A DNA stretch of 64,000 bases from Candidatus Adlerbacteria bacterium (GCA_029288895.1 JARIGK010000001.1:134682-198681), one strand, 5' to 3'. Shown: positions 12,872-22,345, numbered from the stretch's first letter. A program made the numbers and translations. The notes: generated from the sequence alone by a model not told the origin.

Positions 12872-13222
12872 ATGCTCACTCGCGCTCTCACGTTCGCCGC
12901 TCTTTTCATCACCTTCTCGTCGGCTGCGTCGGCAGAAACCATCGGCCAGTGGGCCCGTGGGATCGAAGTCAAGCTGCAGGACAAGATCGAGACGTTCTGC
13001 CCAACGGCTAAGTACTCTGAACTGTGCCGTGCGGACTTCACCGAAGTCCAGACGATTTCGCTCATCACCCAGTTGAAGTTTCAGCGGATGATGGTGCCGC
13101 TGAACAACTTGAAGGACAAGCACGTCACCGATCTTGATCCTGTCGTTCGACTGGATGTCAGGGCCTACAAAACCCTGCTTCAGAACGAGCTGGCCAAGCT
13201 CGAAGAAAAGTACGGCAAATAA
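12872..13222 (+). CDS. Small secreted protein (signal peptide), hypothetical
   Basis: SD site AGGAGG 6 nt upstream of the ATG at 12872. N-terminal signal peptide MLTRALTFAALFITFSSAASA; 116 aa. Confidence 0.5.
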   Translation: MLTRALTFAALFITFSSAASAETIGQWARGIEVKLQDKIETFCPTAKYSELCRADFTEVQTISLITQLKFQRMMVPLNNLKDKHVTDLDPVVRLDVRAYKTLLQNELAKLEEKYGK

Positions 13223-13230
13223 ATAGCGGT

Positions 13231-13280
13231 GCCCCGAAAAGAAGATCGAAAAGGTCTCACTCTTCGGGGCCTTTTCATTT
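13231..13280 (+). terminator. Putative intrinsic terminator
   Basis: GCCCCGAA ... TTCGGGGC stem with a long structured loop, then CTTTTCATTT. Confidence 0.4.
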
Positions 13281-13332
13281 ATTGACCTTTTGGTCTATGT
13301 AGACCACAATCACGCCAGAAGGGAGGTGCGTC

Positions 13333-13632
13333 ATGCCCAAAGACCCTCTGTTTTGGTTTGATGTCTGGTTTGTCCTGACTGCGATTGCGCTTATTTGGTT
13401 GCTGTGCACCTTTGATAGTATTCGCGAAACAGAAGGGCGCGAGCGCACCTGCAATATGGCACTCCTGGTGCTCCTGGCTGTGGCTACGTTGAAGTTGCAC
13501 AAGTACGCAGAGAATGACAACTTGCTGTGGTGTGGCGGAGCACTCGTACTATTGGCTTTGATACAGCTGTATCGTTCAATCGAATATACGCCGCACAAAG
13601 CGCCGCCCGAAAATCAAAACCCCGACTCGTGA
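13333..13632 (+). CDS. Small membrane protein, hypothetical
   Basis: SD site GGGAGG upstream. Two or three hydrophobic helices; 99 aa. The stop lies inside the terminator hairpin. Confidence 0.4.
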   Translation: MPKDPLFWFDVWFVLTAIALIWLLCTFDSIRETEGRERTCNMALLVLLAVATLKLHKYAENDNLLWCGGALVLLALIQLYRSIEYTPHKAPPENQNPDS

Positions 13633-13650
13633 TAGTCGGGGTTTTCTTTT
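13620..13650. terminator. Bidirectional intrinsic terminator shared with nrdB
   Basis: AAAACCCCGACT CGTGAT AGTCGGGGTTTTCTTTT. Confidence 0.65.
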
Positions 13651-14641
13651 ACCAATCCAATTCTCCTGTCTTGTATTCAGTGACGCGGGTTTCGAAGAAG
13701 TTCTTTTCCTTTGCGACGTCGATAATTTCCGACATCCACGGGTAAGGGTTTTCTTTGTGGTACTGGCGCTCAAGCCCGATGCGCTCCAAGCGGCGGTCGG
13801 CAATGTGCTCGACGTACTGCTTTACGGTTGCAGGTACGAGGCCGACGATGCCGCGAGGCAATGATTCATCGACATAATTCTTTTCAAGCTCCACGCCGCG
13901 CTTAATATTGTCGACAAGTGTTTGTTTAAACTCTGGTGTCCAGATCTGCGGGTTTTCTTGCACGATAGTGTTGATGAGGTCTGCGCCGAACGAAAGGTGT
14001 ACTGACTCGTCGCGCAAGATAAATTGGAACTGCTCGCCAATGCCCACCATGCGGTTTTTGCGGAGCATCGAAAGCATCATCACAAAGCCCGCGTAGAAGA
14101 AGATGCCTTCCATGATGACGTAGTAGCCTACAAGGTCGTGCACAAAGCGCTGGATGTTTTCGGTGCCTTCGGTCGTAAAGCTCGGGTCAAACACCGACTT
14201 GGTCATCTCAACCACGAACTCGTCCTTGGCTTTGATGCCAGGGATGGTTTCGTACATGTTGTAGATCTCGTCTGGGTTCAAACCAAGCGTGTCACAGCAG
14301 TAGATAAACGTGTCGGTGTGCACGGCCTCTTCGTATGCCTGGCGCAAGATGTACTGGCGGGCCTCAGGGTTGGTGATGTGGCGGTAAATTGCCAACACAA
14401 GGTTGTTTGCAGTGAGAGACTCAGCGGTAGAGAAAAAGCCAAGGTTCCAGAGGATCATGCGGCGCTCGTCTTCCGACAATGCACCTGGCTTCTTCCACAG
14501 CTCGACGTCTTGCTGCATGGAGACTTCTTCTGGCACCCAGTTGTTTGCGACGCCTTTTTTGTAGTGCGTGCGCGCCCACGGGTATTTCATCGGAAGGATT
14601 TTATTTGGATCTGTCGAGCTGGCGCCGTTGATGATACCCAT
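13649..14641 (-). CDS. nrdB: Ribonucleotide reductase class Ia beta subunit (R2)
   Basis: Ferritin-like di-iron/tyrosyl-radical protein (EAVHTDTF, radical-site FFYAGF). C-terminal tail ends ...YKTGELDW. Confidence 0.9.
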   Translation of the reverse strand: MGIINGASSTDPNKILPMKYPWARTHYKKGVANNWVPEEVSMQQDVELWKKPGALSEDERRMILWNLGFFSTAESLTANNLVLAIYRHITNPEARQYILRQAYEEAVHTDTFIYCCDTLGLNPDEIYNMYETIPGIKAKDEFVVEMTKSVFDPSFTTEGTENIQRFVHDLVGYYVIMEGIFFYAGFVMMLSMLRKNRMVGIGEQFQFILRDESVHLSFGADLINTIVQENPQIWTPEFKQTLVDNIKRGVELEKNYVDESLPRGIVGLVPATVKQYVEHIADRRLERIGLERQYHKENPYPWMSEIIDVAKEKNFFETRVTEYKTGELDW

Positions 14642-14702
14642 ACGTTAGTGAGTGAAAGAAATAAATTTATTTTTAAATGCCCTGATAGTCTACTGAACAG
14701 AT

Positions 14703-17609
14703 CTATGCGCTGCAAGATTCGCACGCTTCGCCAATGATTTCGACGCGGCCGCGAACTGATGGTTTCTCGGCGCCTGCAAATTGCGGGACGCCCGAAGTCA
14801 TAAGAATGGGGGACGGAGTCGGCTGTTCAGCAAGCACTTCTACAGCAGCAACGGTCGTTACTGTTTCTTCAACCACGACTGCCGTTGAAGCTCCGCCTGA
14901 CTGTACTGCGCTGTCTGTCTTAGATGTGCCGCCAAACTTTGCCAAGTTAACGGTCGATTTTTCGATGCGCGACGCGCCCAAGGTGCGGAGGTAGTACGTG
15001 GTCTTGAGGCCGAGGCTCCATGCGTAGCGGTAAATGTCAGAGAGTACTTTGCCCGAGGTGCCGCCGTAGAAGATGTTGAGCGACTGGCTTTGGTCGATCC
15101 AGCGACCGCGGTATGCAGCAGCTTTAATGAGCCACGCTGAGTCAATTTCGAATGCTTCTTTATATTTTGCGCGCAGCACTTCAGGGATCTCGGTGATGTC
15201 TTGGATAGAGCCGTCATAGTACTTGAGCTTCTCGAGCATGTCGGCGTTCCACAAATTCAATTTCTTCAAATCCTCGACGAGGTATTCGTTGACGACCATA
15301 AAGTCGCCGGCCATGTTGGACTTCACGTACAAGTTTTTGTAGATAGGCTCAATGGTTGGGTAGCAGCCAGCGATGTTTGCAGTTGATGCTGTCGGCGCGT
15401 TTGCCATCGTGTTGGAATTGCGCATACCCCAGGTGCGGACTGCTTCGCGGACAAGCTGCCAGTTGAGGGTTTCGTGGCGGGGGACGTCGATCTTCATGCC
15501 GCGCTCTTGCTCGAGCAAATTGAGCGTATCTTGCGGAAGGATACCGCGGTCCCACTTGGAGCCCTTGTAGGTCTCGTAGGTGCCGCGCTCTTTTGCCAAG
15601 AGTGCCGATGCAAGGATGGTGTGGTACGAGATGCACTCCATGCTCTGGTCGCTGAAGCGGACTGCCTCATCTGAGTCGAAGTTCAAGTTCAATTTGTAGA
15701 GCGCGTCCTGCAACCCGCGAAGGCCGAGGCCAACAGGGCGGTGGCGCATGTTGGAGCGCTTCGTTTCTTCCGTTGGGTAGAAGTTGATGTCGATAACGTT
15801 GTCGAGCATGCGCATCGCAACCGGGATAATGCGGGCAACAAGTTCGCGGTCAAACTTGCCGTCGGTGACGAAGCTGCCGAGGTTAATAGAGCCCAAGTTG
15901 CAGACGGCAGTTTCTTGCGCCGAGGTGTTGAGCGTGATTTCAGTGCAGAGGTTCGAAGAGTGGACGACGCCGACATGGTCTTGCGGCGAGCGGACGTTAG
16001 ATGGGTCCTTCCACGTGATCCAAGGGTGGCCCGATTCAAAGAGCATGGTGAGATGCTTCTTCCACAAATCAGCTGCGCGGATCTTGCGGTACATACCGAG
16101 TTTGCCTTCCTCGCCCAACTTCTCGTAGCGGACGTAGGCCTCTTCAAATTTCTTGCCGTAGAGATCGTGCAAATCAGGCACGTCAGACGGGGAGAAGAGC
16201 GACCACTGGCCATCTTCTGCCAAGCGCTTCATAAAGAGGTCGGGGATCCACGTTGCAGTGTTTAAGTCGTGTGCGCGGCGGCGTTCGTCACCGGTGTTTT
16301 TGCGGAGCTCGATGAAGTCTTCGATGTCGGCGTGCCAGTACTCGAGGTACACAGCAGCAGCGCCGCGGCGGCGGCCCGAGCGGTTGATAGAAATGGTGAC
16401 ATCGTTTGCGATCTTCAAGAATGGGATGACGCCCTGGCTTTCGACACCAGTTGCCTTTACGAGCGAACCGGTTGCGCGCACTGGGGTCCAGTCGACACCC
16501 AAGCCGCCTGCGTACTTCAAGAGCTGTGCGCCGTTTGAGTATTCTTTAAAGATAGAGTGGAGGTCGTCGGGTACGGTCGAGAGGAAGCACGACGAAAGCT
16601 GGGCCAATTTGAGGCCTGCGTGATAGAGCGTAGGAGACGATGGCATGTAGTACATCGCCGACATGATTTCGTAGAACTCGATAGCCTGTGCGTTGCGGTC
16701 TTCCTGCGTCTTTTCTGCCAAGGCACACCCCATGGCCACGCGCATCCAGAAGATCTGCGGTGTTTCCATCAACGTGCGGGTTGCATGCTCTTTGGAGAGG
16801 TAGTTTGCCTGGAGCGTCTGGAGGCCGAGATAGTTAAATTCGCGGTCGCGTTCAAGTACGAGCGCGTCGCCGAGCGCTTTCAAATCGAACTCTGTCATGC
16901 GCGGGTCAAACTGGCCGATCTCGACGCCGCGGTGGATAGTACGTGCAAATGCCGAGCGGTACTCTTCTTCGAATTTATCGTATTCAATCACGCCGAGCAC
17001 CGTGCGGTACATAGTTTGGAGCAACAGACGTGCTGCGACTTTCGAATATGCCGGGTCGCGCTCGATAAGTGAACGGGTCGTCATAATAAGGACGTCCTGG
17101 ATGTCCTTGGTCTTGATGCCTTCGTACATTTCCTGGCGAACACGACCAATAATAGAGGCAACGTCGACAACATGTTCAAAGCCTTCTGCAGCGCGGGCGA
17201 GGGTTTTGGTGAGCTTTTCTTCGCTAAAGCGCTCGGTCGAGCCGTCGCGCTTCACAATAAGGAGCGAATTTTCCTGGATTTTCTCTGCGACTACTTCTTT
17301 TTGCTCTTGGCGGACTTTGTCGTGCTCGTAGCGGTAGATGATGTAGGACTTTGCAACGTTGAAGTAGTTGCGGACCATGAGCGCGGTCTCAACCAAGTCC
17401 TGGATGTCTTCGACAGAGGGGATGAACGCGGTGTTCCCATACTGGAGGTCGATGGAGTCTGCGACCACGCGGGTGATCTCTTTCGCATCAGCTTCGTGGG
17501 CATCGCCAAGCACTGCAGCGAAGGCTTTTTGGACGGCTATCGTTACTTTGTCGGGGTGGAAATCAACGATTTCTCCATTGCGCTTCTTGATCTTCTTGAC
17601 GATAGCCAT
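14703..17609 (-). CDS. nrdA: Ribonucleotide reductase class Ia alpha subunit (R1) with an N-terminal ATP-cone
   Basis: ATP-cone (VKKIKKRNGEIVDFHPDKV), catalytic core (NLCTEI, PTASTANI), and C-terminal CESC redox pair; 968 aa. Confidence 0.9.
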   Translation of the reverse strand: MAIVKKIKKRNGEIVDFHPDKVTIAVQKAFAAVLGDAHEADAKEITRVVADSIDLQYGNTAFIPSVEDIQDLVETALMVRNYFNVAKSYIIYRYEHDKVRQEQKEVVAEKIQENSLLIVKRDGSTERFSEEKLTKTLARAAEGFEHVVDVASIIGRVRQEMYEGIKTKDIQDVLIMTTRSLIERDPAYSKVAARLLLQTMYRTVLGVIEYDKFEEEYRSAFARTIHRGVEIGQFDPRMTEFDLKALGDALVLERDREFNYLGLQTLQANYLSKEHATRTLMETPQIFWMRVAMGCALAEKTQEDRNAQAIEFYEIMSAMYYMPSSPTLYHAGLKLAQLSSCFLSTVPDDLHSIFKEYSNGAQLLKYAGGLGVDWTPVRATGSLVKATGVESQGVIPFLKIANDVTISINRSGRRRGAAAVYLEYWHADIEDFIELRKNTGDERRRAHDLNTATWIPDLFMKRLAEDGQWSLFSPSDVPDLHDLYGKKFEEAYVRYEKLGEEGKLGMYRKIRAADLWKKHLTMLFESGHPWITWKDPSNVRSPQDHVGVVHSSNLCTEITLNTSAQETAVCNLGSINLGSFVTDGKFDRELVARIIPVAMRMLDNVIDINFYPTEETKRSNMRHRPVGLGLRGLQDALYKLNLNFDSDEAVRFSDQSMECISYHTILASALLAKERGTYETYKGSKWDRGILPQDTLNLLEQERGMKIDVPRHETLNWQLVREAVRTWGMRNSNTMANAPTASTANIAGCYPTIEPIYKNLYVKSNMAGDFMVVNEYLVEDLKKLNLWNADMLEKLKYYDGSIQDITEIPEVLRAKYKEAFEIDSAWLIKAAAYRGRWIDQSQSLNIFYGGTSGKVLSDIYRYAWSLGLKTTYYLRTLGASRIEKSTVNLAKFGGTSKTDSAVQSGGASTAVVVEETVTTVAAVEVLAEQPTPSPILMTSGVPQFAGAEKPSVRGRVEIIGEACESCSA

Positions 17610-17920
17610 ACAGTACGTGGTTACTTTATAAAATTAATTTCTAGACTCCTAGTGGGAAATACATTATACGCCCGGAGCAGTTTTCTTTTATGAAAAATTT
17701 CGATTTTTTGCTGTGCATAAGCAAGCGGAGAACTGTTTTTGCAAAAAAGCAACACACAAATCGTGACTTCTCTAAAAAAGCTGCTATTTCTTCATTTTTT
17801 GACCCTCATTTTTGCCCCAAAATGAACTTTTTCTCCCACCGCACATGTTGGAAAATGTCCTGTGCACAGACCAGCGATATGTTTGACTTATATAAATTTT
17901 ATATGTAGAGATAAAGGTAG
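17610..17920 (-). promoter_or_regulatory. Long AT-rich leader/promoter region of nrdAB
   Basis: About 310 bp non-coding stretch upstream of nrdA. Contains the near-palindrome TTATATAAATTTTATATG and the inverted repeat GCACA-N15-TGTGC. Confidence 0.3.
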
Positions 17921-18418
17921 TTGAACACCCATATGGGAGAAGGGCGGTCTATGTTTATATCAAAAAATGTGCCTGTGTCGGAAATCTGTGTTGCTGGGGC
18001 GAGGAGCTTCATGTGGTCGACCGATCTGAACTTGTTCGGGTTCGTCGATATCGAATGTATTGATGCGCCTGTACACTCGTTTCTCTGCGAGGGTAGGGAG
18101 GAGGAGGTCAAGCAGGGACGTCTGACCATGATTTCTGCGCTGTCAGGCATGAGCGGCCCCGTTTTTTCTGCGTGGGAGGAATCTACCCCAATCGCGAGGA
18201 CGCACTTCGCCCAAGTCCTCGCGCGCCAAGGCAGAGGTCAAGAAGAAGGCGAGCTGCTCGTTAACGGTACGGGCAACCTCTTTGTTGTCGGCAATAAAGA
18301 GGCCCACGTGGCTATCAAAGCATCGTGGGGGCAGGCAGGATGGCTTCTGGCGAAAGCAGACAGCTGTCTCCCGGGTGAGCGCTATGCCGCAGTGCGTGTA
18401 CGGAGTCCGAGCGTGTAA
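17921..18418 (+). CDS. Hypothetical protein
   Basis: 165-aa ORF. The stop TAA lies in the loop of the downstream terminator. Confidence 0.35.
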   Translation: MNTHMGEGRSMFISKNVPVSEICVAGARSFMWSTDLNLFGFVDIECIDAPVHSFLCEGREEEVKQGRLTMISALSGMSGPVFSAWEESTPIARTHFAQVLARQGRGQEEGELLVNGTGNLFVVGNKEAHVAIKASWGQAGWLLAKADSCLPGERYAAVRVRSPSV

Positions 18419-18438
18419 CGCTCGGACTTTTCTTTTTT
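18404..18438. terminator. Bidirectional intrinsic terminator
   Basis: AGTCCGAGCG TGTAA CGCTCGGACT followed by TTTCTTTTTT. Confidence 0.65.
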
Positions 18439-18985
18439 AAAACTTCAGTGGGATTTGGAGAGTTTTTTCGCGAGATGGGTCGCCCGAAGGGTTGTCGTTG
18501 TGGAGGACGAGGGTGCCCATAGAGCCTTTAGGCTGGGCAGGGAAAGTGACAATTGCTTTGAACGGGACGAAGTCGTCTGTCATCCACTCGCCCTGTGCTG
18601 TGACATGTCCTTGGGCAATAACATTGCCTTGTGCATTGCGGAGCTCGTACGGTGCCGACGCTTCAAAGTACCATGCGCCGCGTGCCTGGCCGGTGATAGT
18701 AAGAGGTGAGGCAACGGTGCTGCCAATAAGCGGTGCGGTGACTTCGATAATGTTATCTATTTCTGCCACCGAGCCGGCGTGATTCGAGCCACTGCTGTTA
18801 GCCTCTACAGAACCCTCTGACGTCGTTTGGGACGACGCATCCGGGTTCTGCGCCGGCGTCACATCGTGCTGTTGGTTCTGCGCAGGCTCGGTATGACGTC
18901 CTGGCAAGGTAAATACACCGATAAATCCAGCTACAAGAACTATAAACAGCACAACCGCCAAAATAAGCCCATTTCTATTGTTCAT
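18437..18985 (-). CDS. Gmad2 immunoglobulin-like domain protein, membrane-anchored
   Basis: N-terminal TM segment and low-complexity linker. C-terminal domain carries WYFEASAPYELRNAQGNVIAQG...EWMTDDFVPF...GTLVLHNDNPSG, the typical Gmad2 pattern. Confidence 0.55.
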   Translation of the reverse strand: MNNRNGLILAVVLFIVLVAGFIGVFTLPGRHTEPAQNQQHDVTPAQNPDASSQTTSEGSVEANSSGSNHAGSVAEIDNIIEVTAPLIGSTVASPLTITGQARGAWYFEASAPYELRNAQGNVIAQGHVTAQGEWMTDDFVPFKAIVTFPAQPKGSMGTLVLHNDNPSGDPSREKTLQIPLKF

Positions 18986-18994
18986 ACTATTGAG

Positions 18995-19657
18995 TTATGC
19001 CTCGTCCGATATGAATAATTCATGATCACGCGGGAAGAGCCACAGCGCGATATGGTAGATGCCGTACGTGATGAAGAACGCTGACATAACGTCGATGGAA
19101 TAGTGGATGTGGCCCAACAGCACGATTGTGGCAAAGAATACCGAGCAGGCGAGGAATATATAGCGCCACAACTTTTCGTGCCAAAAGGCCAAGGCGGCGA
19201 GGAATGGCAGGCCGGTGTGGCCGGAGAAGAAGAGGTCGCCGCCAAAGAACGCACGGTTAACGGACGCGCCAAAATCGTCGGCTATGTGCGGCGCAAACGG
19301 CCCCAAATGTGTCAGTGATGTAAACCCTGAACGAATGAGAAAGAAAAGCCCTGCTGTTTTGAACATAAATGCAATACGCTTGGGGTGCGAAAATGCTAAG
19401 CCAACGCTCACAACAGCAAGAGCAATGGTGCCCCAAATAAACAAGTTGTCGACTGGAAGTGCGGGCGTATTAGAGAGAATTATGTCGGGTACCGCATTGC
19501 CTGCACGTTCTGTCGCAAATTGGATAGCCAATTCGTTGATGTAGTAACACAGCGCGAAGAAGATAAGCGAAAACACCGCTGAGGTAACAAACTCACGCTT
19601 GGAGACGTGCTCTTTATAGTGCTGTAGAAACTTGCTACGCATTATTGTTCTTTCCAT
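18995..19657 (-). CDS. PAP2-superfamily membrane protein (sphingomyelin-synthase / head-group transferase-like)
   Basis: Six TM helices; SGHT and HYSID motifs resemble PAP2 C2/C3 motifs. Overlaps the upstream GT4 gene. Confidence 0.45.
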   Translation of the reverse strand: MERTIMRSKFLQHYKEHVSKREFVTSAVFSLIFFALCYYINELAIQFATERAGNAVPDIILSNTPALPVDNLFIWGTIALAVVSVGLAFSHPKRIAFMFKTAGLFFLIRSGFTSLTHLGPFAPHIADDFGASVNRAFFGGDLFFSGHTGLPFLAALAFWHEKLWRYIFLACSVFFATIVLLGHIHYSIDVMSAFFITYGIYHIALWLFPRDHELFISDEA

Positions 19658-20825
19658 TATGGGTGCGAAGTGCTTCGCGGTAAAAATCCTCGAAGGTTTC
19701 TAATGTCGTATTTATATCATGCCCTGCAATGATTTCGAGGCTATGTTCGGCCATATTTGCGCGTTTGGCGCCATCGGACAACACGTCAACGATGTGCCCC
19801 GCAAGCTCTACAACATCGCCGGGGCGGAAGAGGTATCCGTTTTTGCCGTGGTGGATGAGCTCGGGCAGGGCGACTGCATCGGCACCCAAGACGGGCAGTC
19901 CGGTTGCCATCGCCTCCATCGCAACGATGCACTGGAGCTCTGCAATACCTGCGTTTACGAAACAATCGGCCGCAGCGTAGAGCGAGGGGAGTATTTCGTC
20001 GGGTACAAAGCCGCAGAACGTGACATTTTTTTCAATCCCGAGCTCGCGCGCTAATTTCTCCAACTTTTTGCTTTCGGCGCCATGGCCTGCGATAGCGAAG
20101 TGGAACTCAACTTTTTTGAGCGCCAAAGCTGCGGCACGCAAGACGACGTCGACGTTCTTTTCTTTGTCCAAGCGGCCAACAAACAAAAGCACCGGTTTGT
20201 CTGTTGGGAGTTTGTACGTTTTTTGTGCAGGTGTGGGGTCGTTAGTTGGATTAAAACGTACGAGGTCGATGCCGTTTGAGATGGCCGGCAAAGTGCGGCC
20301 GATCCACGGTTCGATAAAGGTATTTGCGGTTTTGGTGGGCGAGGAAACGGCGTAGGTTTTGCCCAGCACGCGCACCGCGTCCTTCCATGCGAGCGCGTTG
20401 ATGCCATTGCGGACAAACTGCGGCACAGGCAGATAGTGGCTCAAGTTTTCGGGCATAAAGTGGTTGGTAGCAACGACAGCGATGCCTTGTTTTTGCGCGG
20501 CAGCGAGTGCGGTGCGGCTTACCAAAAAATGCATCTGGATGTGCACGATGTCTGGCTTAAATTCACGGATGGCTTGGGCAATGCGGCGGTTGATGATCCA
20601 TGGCAACACAAAGCGAAATTTAGGCACAATAAGTACAGGGAAGGAGCGTACTCCATACACTTTGACGGCGCCGCGCATAAAGGTGTCGTTGCCTATGCTC
20701 AGCGACGGGGAAATGACGGCAACCTCGTGGCCGCGTTTGGTCAATGCGTCGGCCAAGCGCTGGGTAAAGTAGGATGCGCCGTTCACGTGCGGGTAGTAGG
20801 TGTCGGATGCGATTAAGACTTTCAT
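19635..20825 (-). CDS. Glycosyltransferase family 4
   Basis: GT-B fold with N-terminal KVLIASDTYYPHVNGAS and a C-terminal EX7E-like region (IAELQCIVAMEAMATGLPV). Confidence 0.8.
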   Translation of the reverse strand: MKVLIASDTYYPHVNGASYFTQRLADALTKRGHEVAVISPSLSIGNDTFMRGAVKVYGVRSFPVLIVPKFRFVLPWIINRRIAQAIREFKPDIVHIQMHFLVSRTALAAAQKQGIAVVATNHFMPENLSHYLPVPQFVRNGINALAWKDAVRVLGKTYAVSSPTKTANTFIEPWIGRTLPAISNGIDLVRFNPTNDPTPAQKTYKLPTDKPVLLFVGRLDKEKNVDVVLRAAALALKKVEFHFAIAGHGAESKKLEKLARELGIEKNVTFCGFVPDEILPSLYAAADCFVNAGIAELQCIVAMEAMATGLPVLGADAVALPELIHHGKNGYLFRPGDVVELAGHIVDVLSDGAKRANMAEHSLEIIAGHDINTTLETFEDFYREALRTHNGKNNNA

Positions 20826-21487
20826 CGGGTTTCTCTATACCGGAAATACCATAGTAGCAGCCCTATAACGGCCAAGCCAATGATGATTTCGGCTGCGTAA
20901 TTGAAGTAATGCTCGATTTGGTGATATGCCTGGCCAAACAAAACACCCACGCCAAGGAACACTGCCGACTGCGCCAGCGTGACAATAAGGCATGCAAGCA
21001 CAAAGAGAGGGTAGGAGACGCGCACCATACCTGCTGCGATAAAGCCGGCGAAGCCGATACCCTGCGCAAATTTAAAGAGCATGGTCGTTTTAAAACGATT
21101 GCGCTCCATTTTTTGCTTGGCCTGTTCGATGGTTGATTGTTTGATACCGAATACCTTTTCCAAAAAGCGGCTGATTGGCCCGCCGCCAAAGCGCCCAACG
21201 CTGTACCAGAAACTGTCGCCGACGATGTCGCCTGCGACAACCACTGCATAGACAATAAGGGGGTTAAAGATACCTGATGTTACAAAAAGCCCTGCAATGA
21301 TCGTAATAATAGGGCCTTCAATAATCGCTAAGGGGAACAATACGAAATAGCCGTACTGCTGCAGCAACAAGACTGCGTGGTCGAGGGACATACAATAAGT
21401 ATAGCGCTTATCTATTGCCCTTTCTTTTTTATAAAACTGTGGTATACATATGCCGAAAACGGTTCTTCTCACGAAAGGCGGGCACAC
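20822..21487 (-). CDS. DedA/VTT-domain membrane protein
   Basis: LLQQYGYFVLFPLAIIEGPIITIIAGLF is the DedA signature; multi-TM. Overlaps the GT4 gene by 4 nt. Confidence 0.75.
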   Translation of the reverse strand: MCPPFVRRTVFGICIPQFYKKERAIDKRYTYCMSLDHAVLLLQQYGYFVLFPLAIIEGPIITIIAGLFVTSGIFNPLIVYAVVVAGDIVGDSFWYSVGRFGGGPISRFLEKVFGIKQSTIEQAKQKMERNRFKTTMLFKFAQGIGFAGFIAAGMVRVSYPLFVLACLIVTLAQSAVFLGVGVLFGQAYHQIEHYFNYAAEIIIGLAVIGLLLWYFRYRETR

Positions 21488-22160
21488 CGTGCTTGATTCA
21501 TACTTTTATGGGAGCCAACGGCTCTTGAGAAAGTTGCCAATCTCTGTGACGGGCTTTATTCTCATGATTTTTACGACGGATGTGCTGTACCCCGGGCGCG
21601 AAATCCTGGAGGGCATCCCATACAACGTTTCGTATGCATCGCTTTTGGCCGACGTTGGCCTCGGTCTCGTCATTGTCATCGGCGCTGAGATCTTCAAGGA
21701 CGACCACCTCGTAAAGATTTTGATGAAGGCCCCGCGTGGATTCATCTACAGCAAGGGGTACCACGTACTGGTACTTCTGGTGGCTGCATGTGTCGCAGCG
21801 CTGCTTGAAGTGGTGCCGTCGCCACTTAACAAGCCACAAGTGATGGACATCTATCACAACATCGTCGTTGTGCCGCTGTTCATGTATCTTCTCGCAACGA
21901 CGTACCCGGCCATTGTTTCGCTTGGGAATATGAGACAGCGGAGATTTGCCTTCTGGCTGCTTATGTTATGGGCGGCGGCCATGGTGTTCGATATGGCAAC
22001 CGACCGTCTGGCCCAGCGTCCCTGGCTCGAGCGTCACGGAATGCACTTTTCAGAGCTTCATAACCAAGCCCCGTCTCCCAAGACTGGGCTTTTTCTTTGC
22101 CTAGACGGCCAAATTGAGCAATGTATACTTGAGGTACAGGGCTTTTACCCGTTTATATAA
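21450..22160 (+). CDS. Hypothetical membrane protein
   Basis: Five to six hydrophobic helices. Start uncertain (21450 overlaps DedA; an alternative ATG is near 21534). Confidence 0.4.
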   Translation: MPKTVLLTKGGHTVLDSYFYGSQRLLRKLPISVTGFILMIFTTDVLYPGREILEGIPYNVSYASLLADVGLGLVIVIGAEIFKDDHLVKILMKAPRGFIYSKGYHVLVLLVAACVAALLEVVPSPLNKPQVMDIYHNIVVVPLFMYLLATTYPAIVSLGNMRQRRFAFWLLMLWAAAMVFDMATDRLAQRPWLERHGMHFSELHNQAPSPKTGLFLCLDGQIEQCILEVQGFYPFI

Positions 22161-22165
22161 TTAGA

Positions 22166-22330
22166 ATGGCAGAAGTTGCATATTGTGTTAAGTGCAAAGA
22201 GAAGCGCGAAATGACCGACGCAAAGGAGGTCTCATTCGCAGGGAAGGGCGGTGGTGACCGCCGTGCGATGTCGGGTGTATGCCCGGTTTGCAGCACGAAG
22301 ATGTTTAAGATCCTCCCGAAGGCTAAATAA
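22166..22330 (+). CDS. Small zinc-ribbon protein (CxxC...CxxC), 54 aa
   Basis: MAEVAYCVKCKEKREMTDAKEVSFAGKGGGDRRAMSGVCPVCSTKMFKILPKAK. Below the ORF-track size cutoff. A strong terminator follows. Confidence 0.5.
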   Translation: MAEVAYCVKCKEKREMTDAKEVSFAGKGGGDRRAMSGVCPVCSTKMFKILPKAK

Positions 22331-22345
22331 AGCCTTGGCACTTAC

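Noticed and set aside
17690-17908. A 72-aa ORF inside the nrdA leader.
   Set aside because: It is AT-rich and hydrophobic, shows no SD site or codon periodicity, and lies on the strand opposite to nrdA in a region better explained as a regulatory leader.
21450-21487. A 38-bp overlap between the DedA gene and the divergent membrane-protein ORF.
   Set aside because: The + strand gene more likely starts at a downstream ATG (around 21534). The overlap is an artefact of taking the longest ORF.
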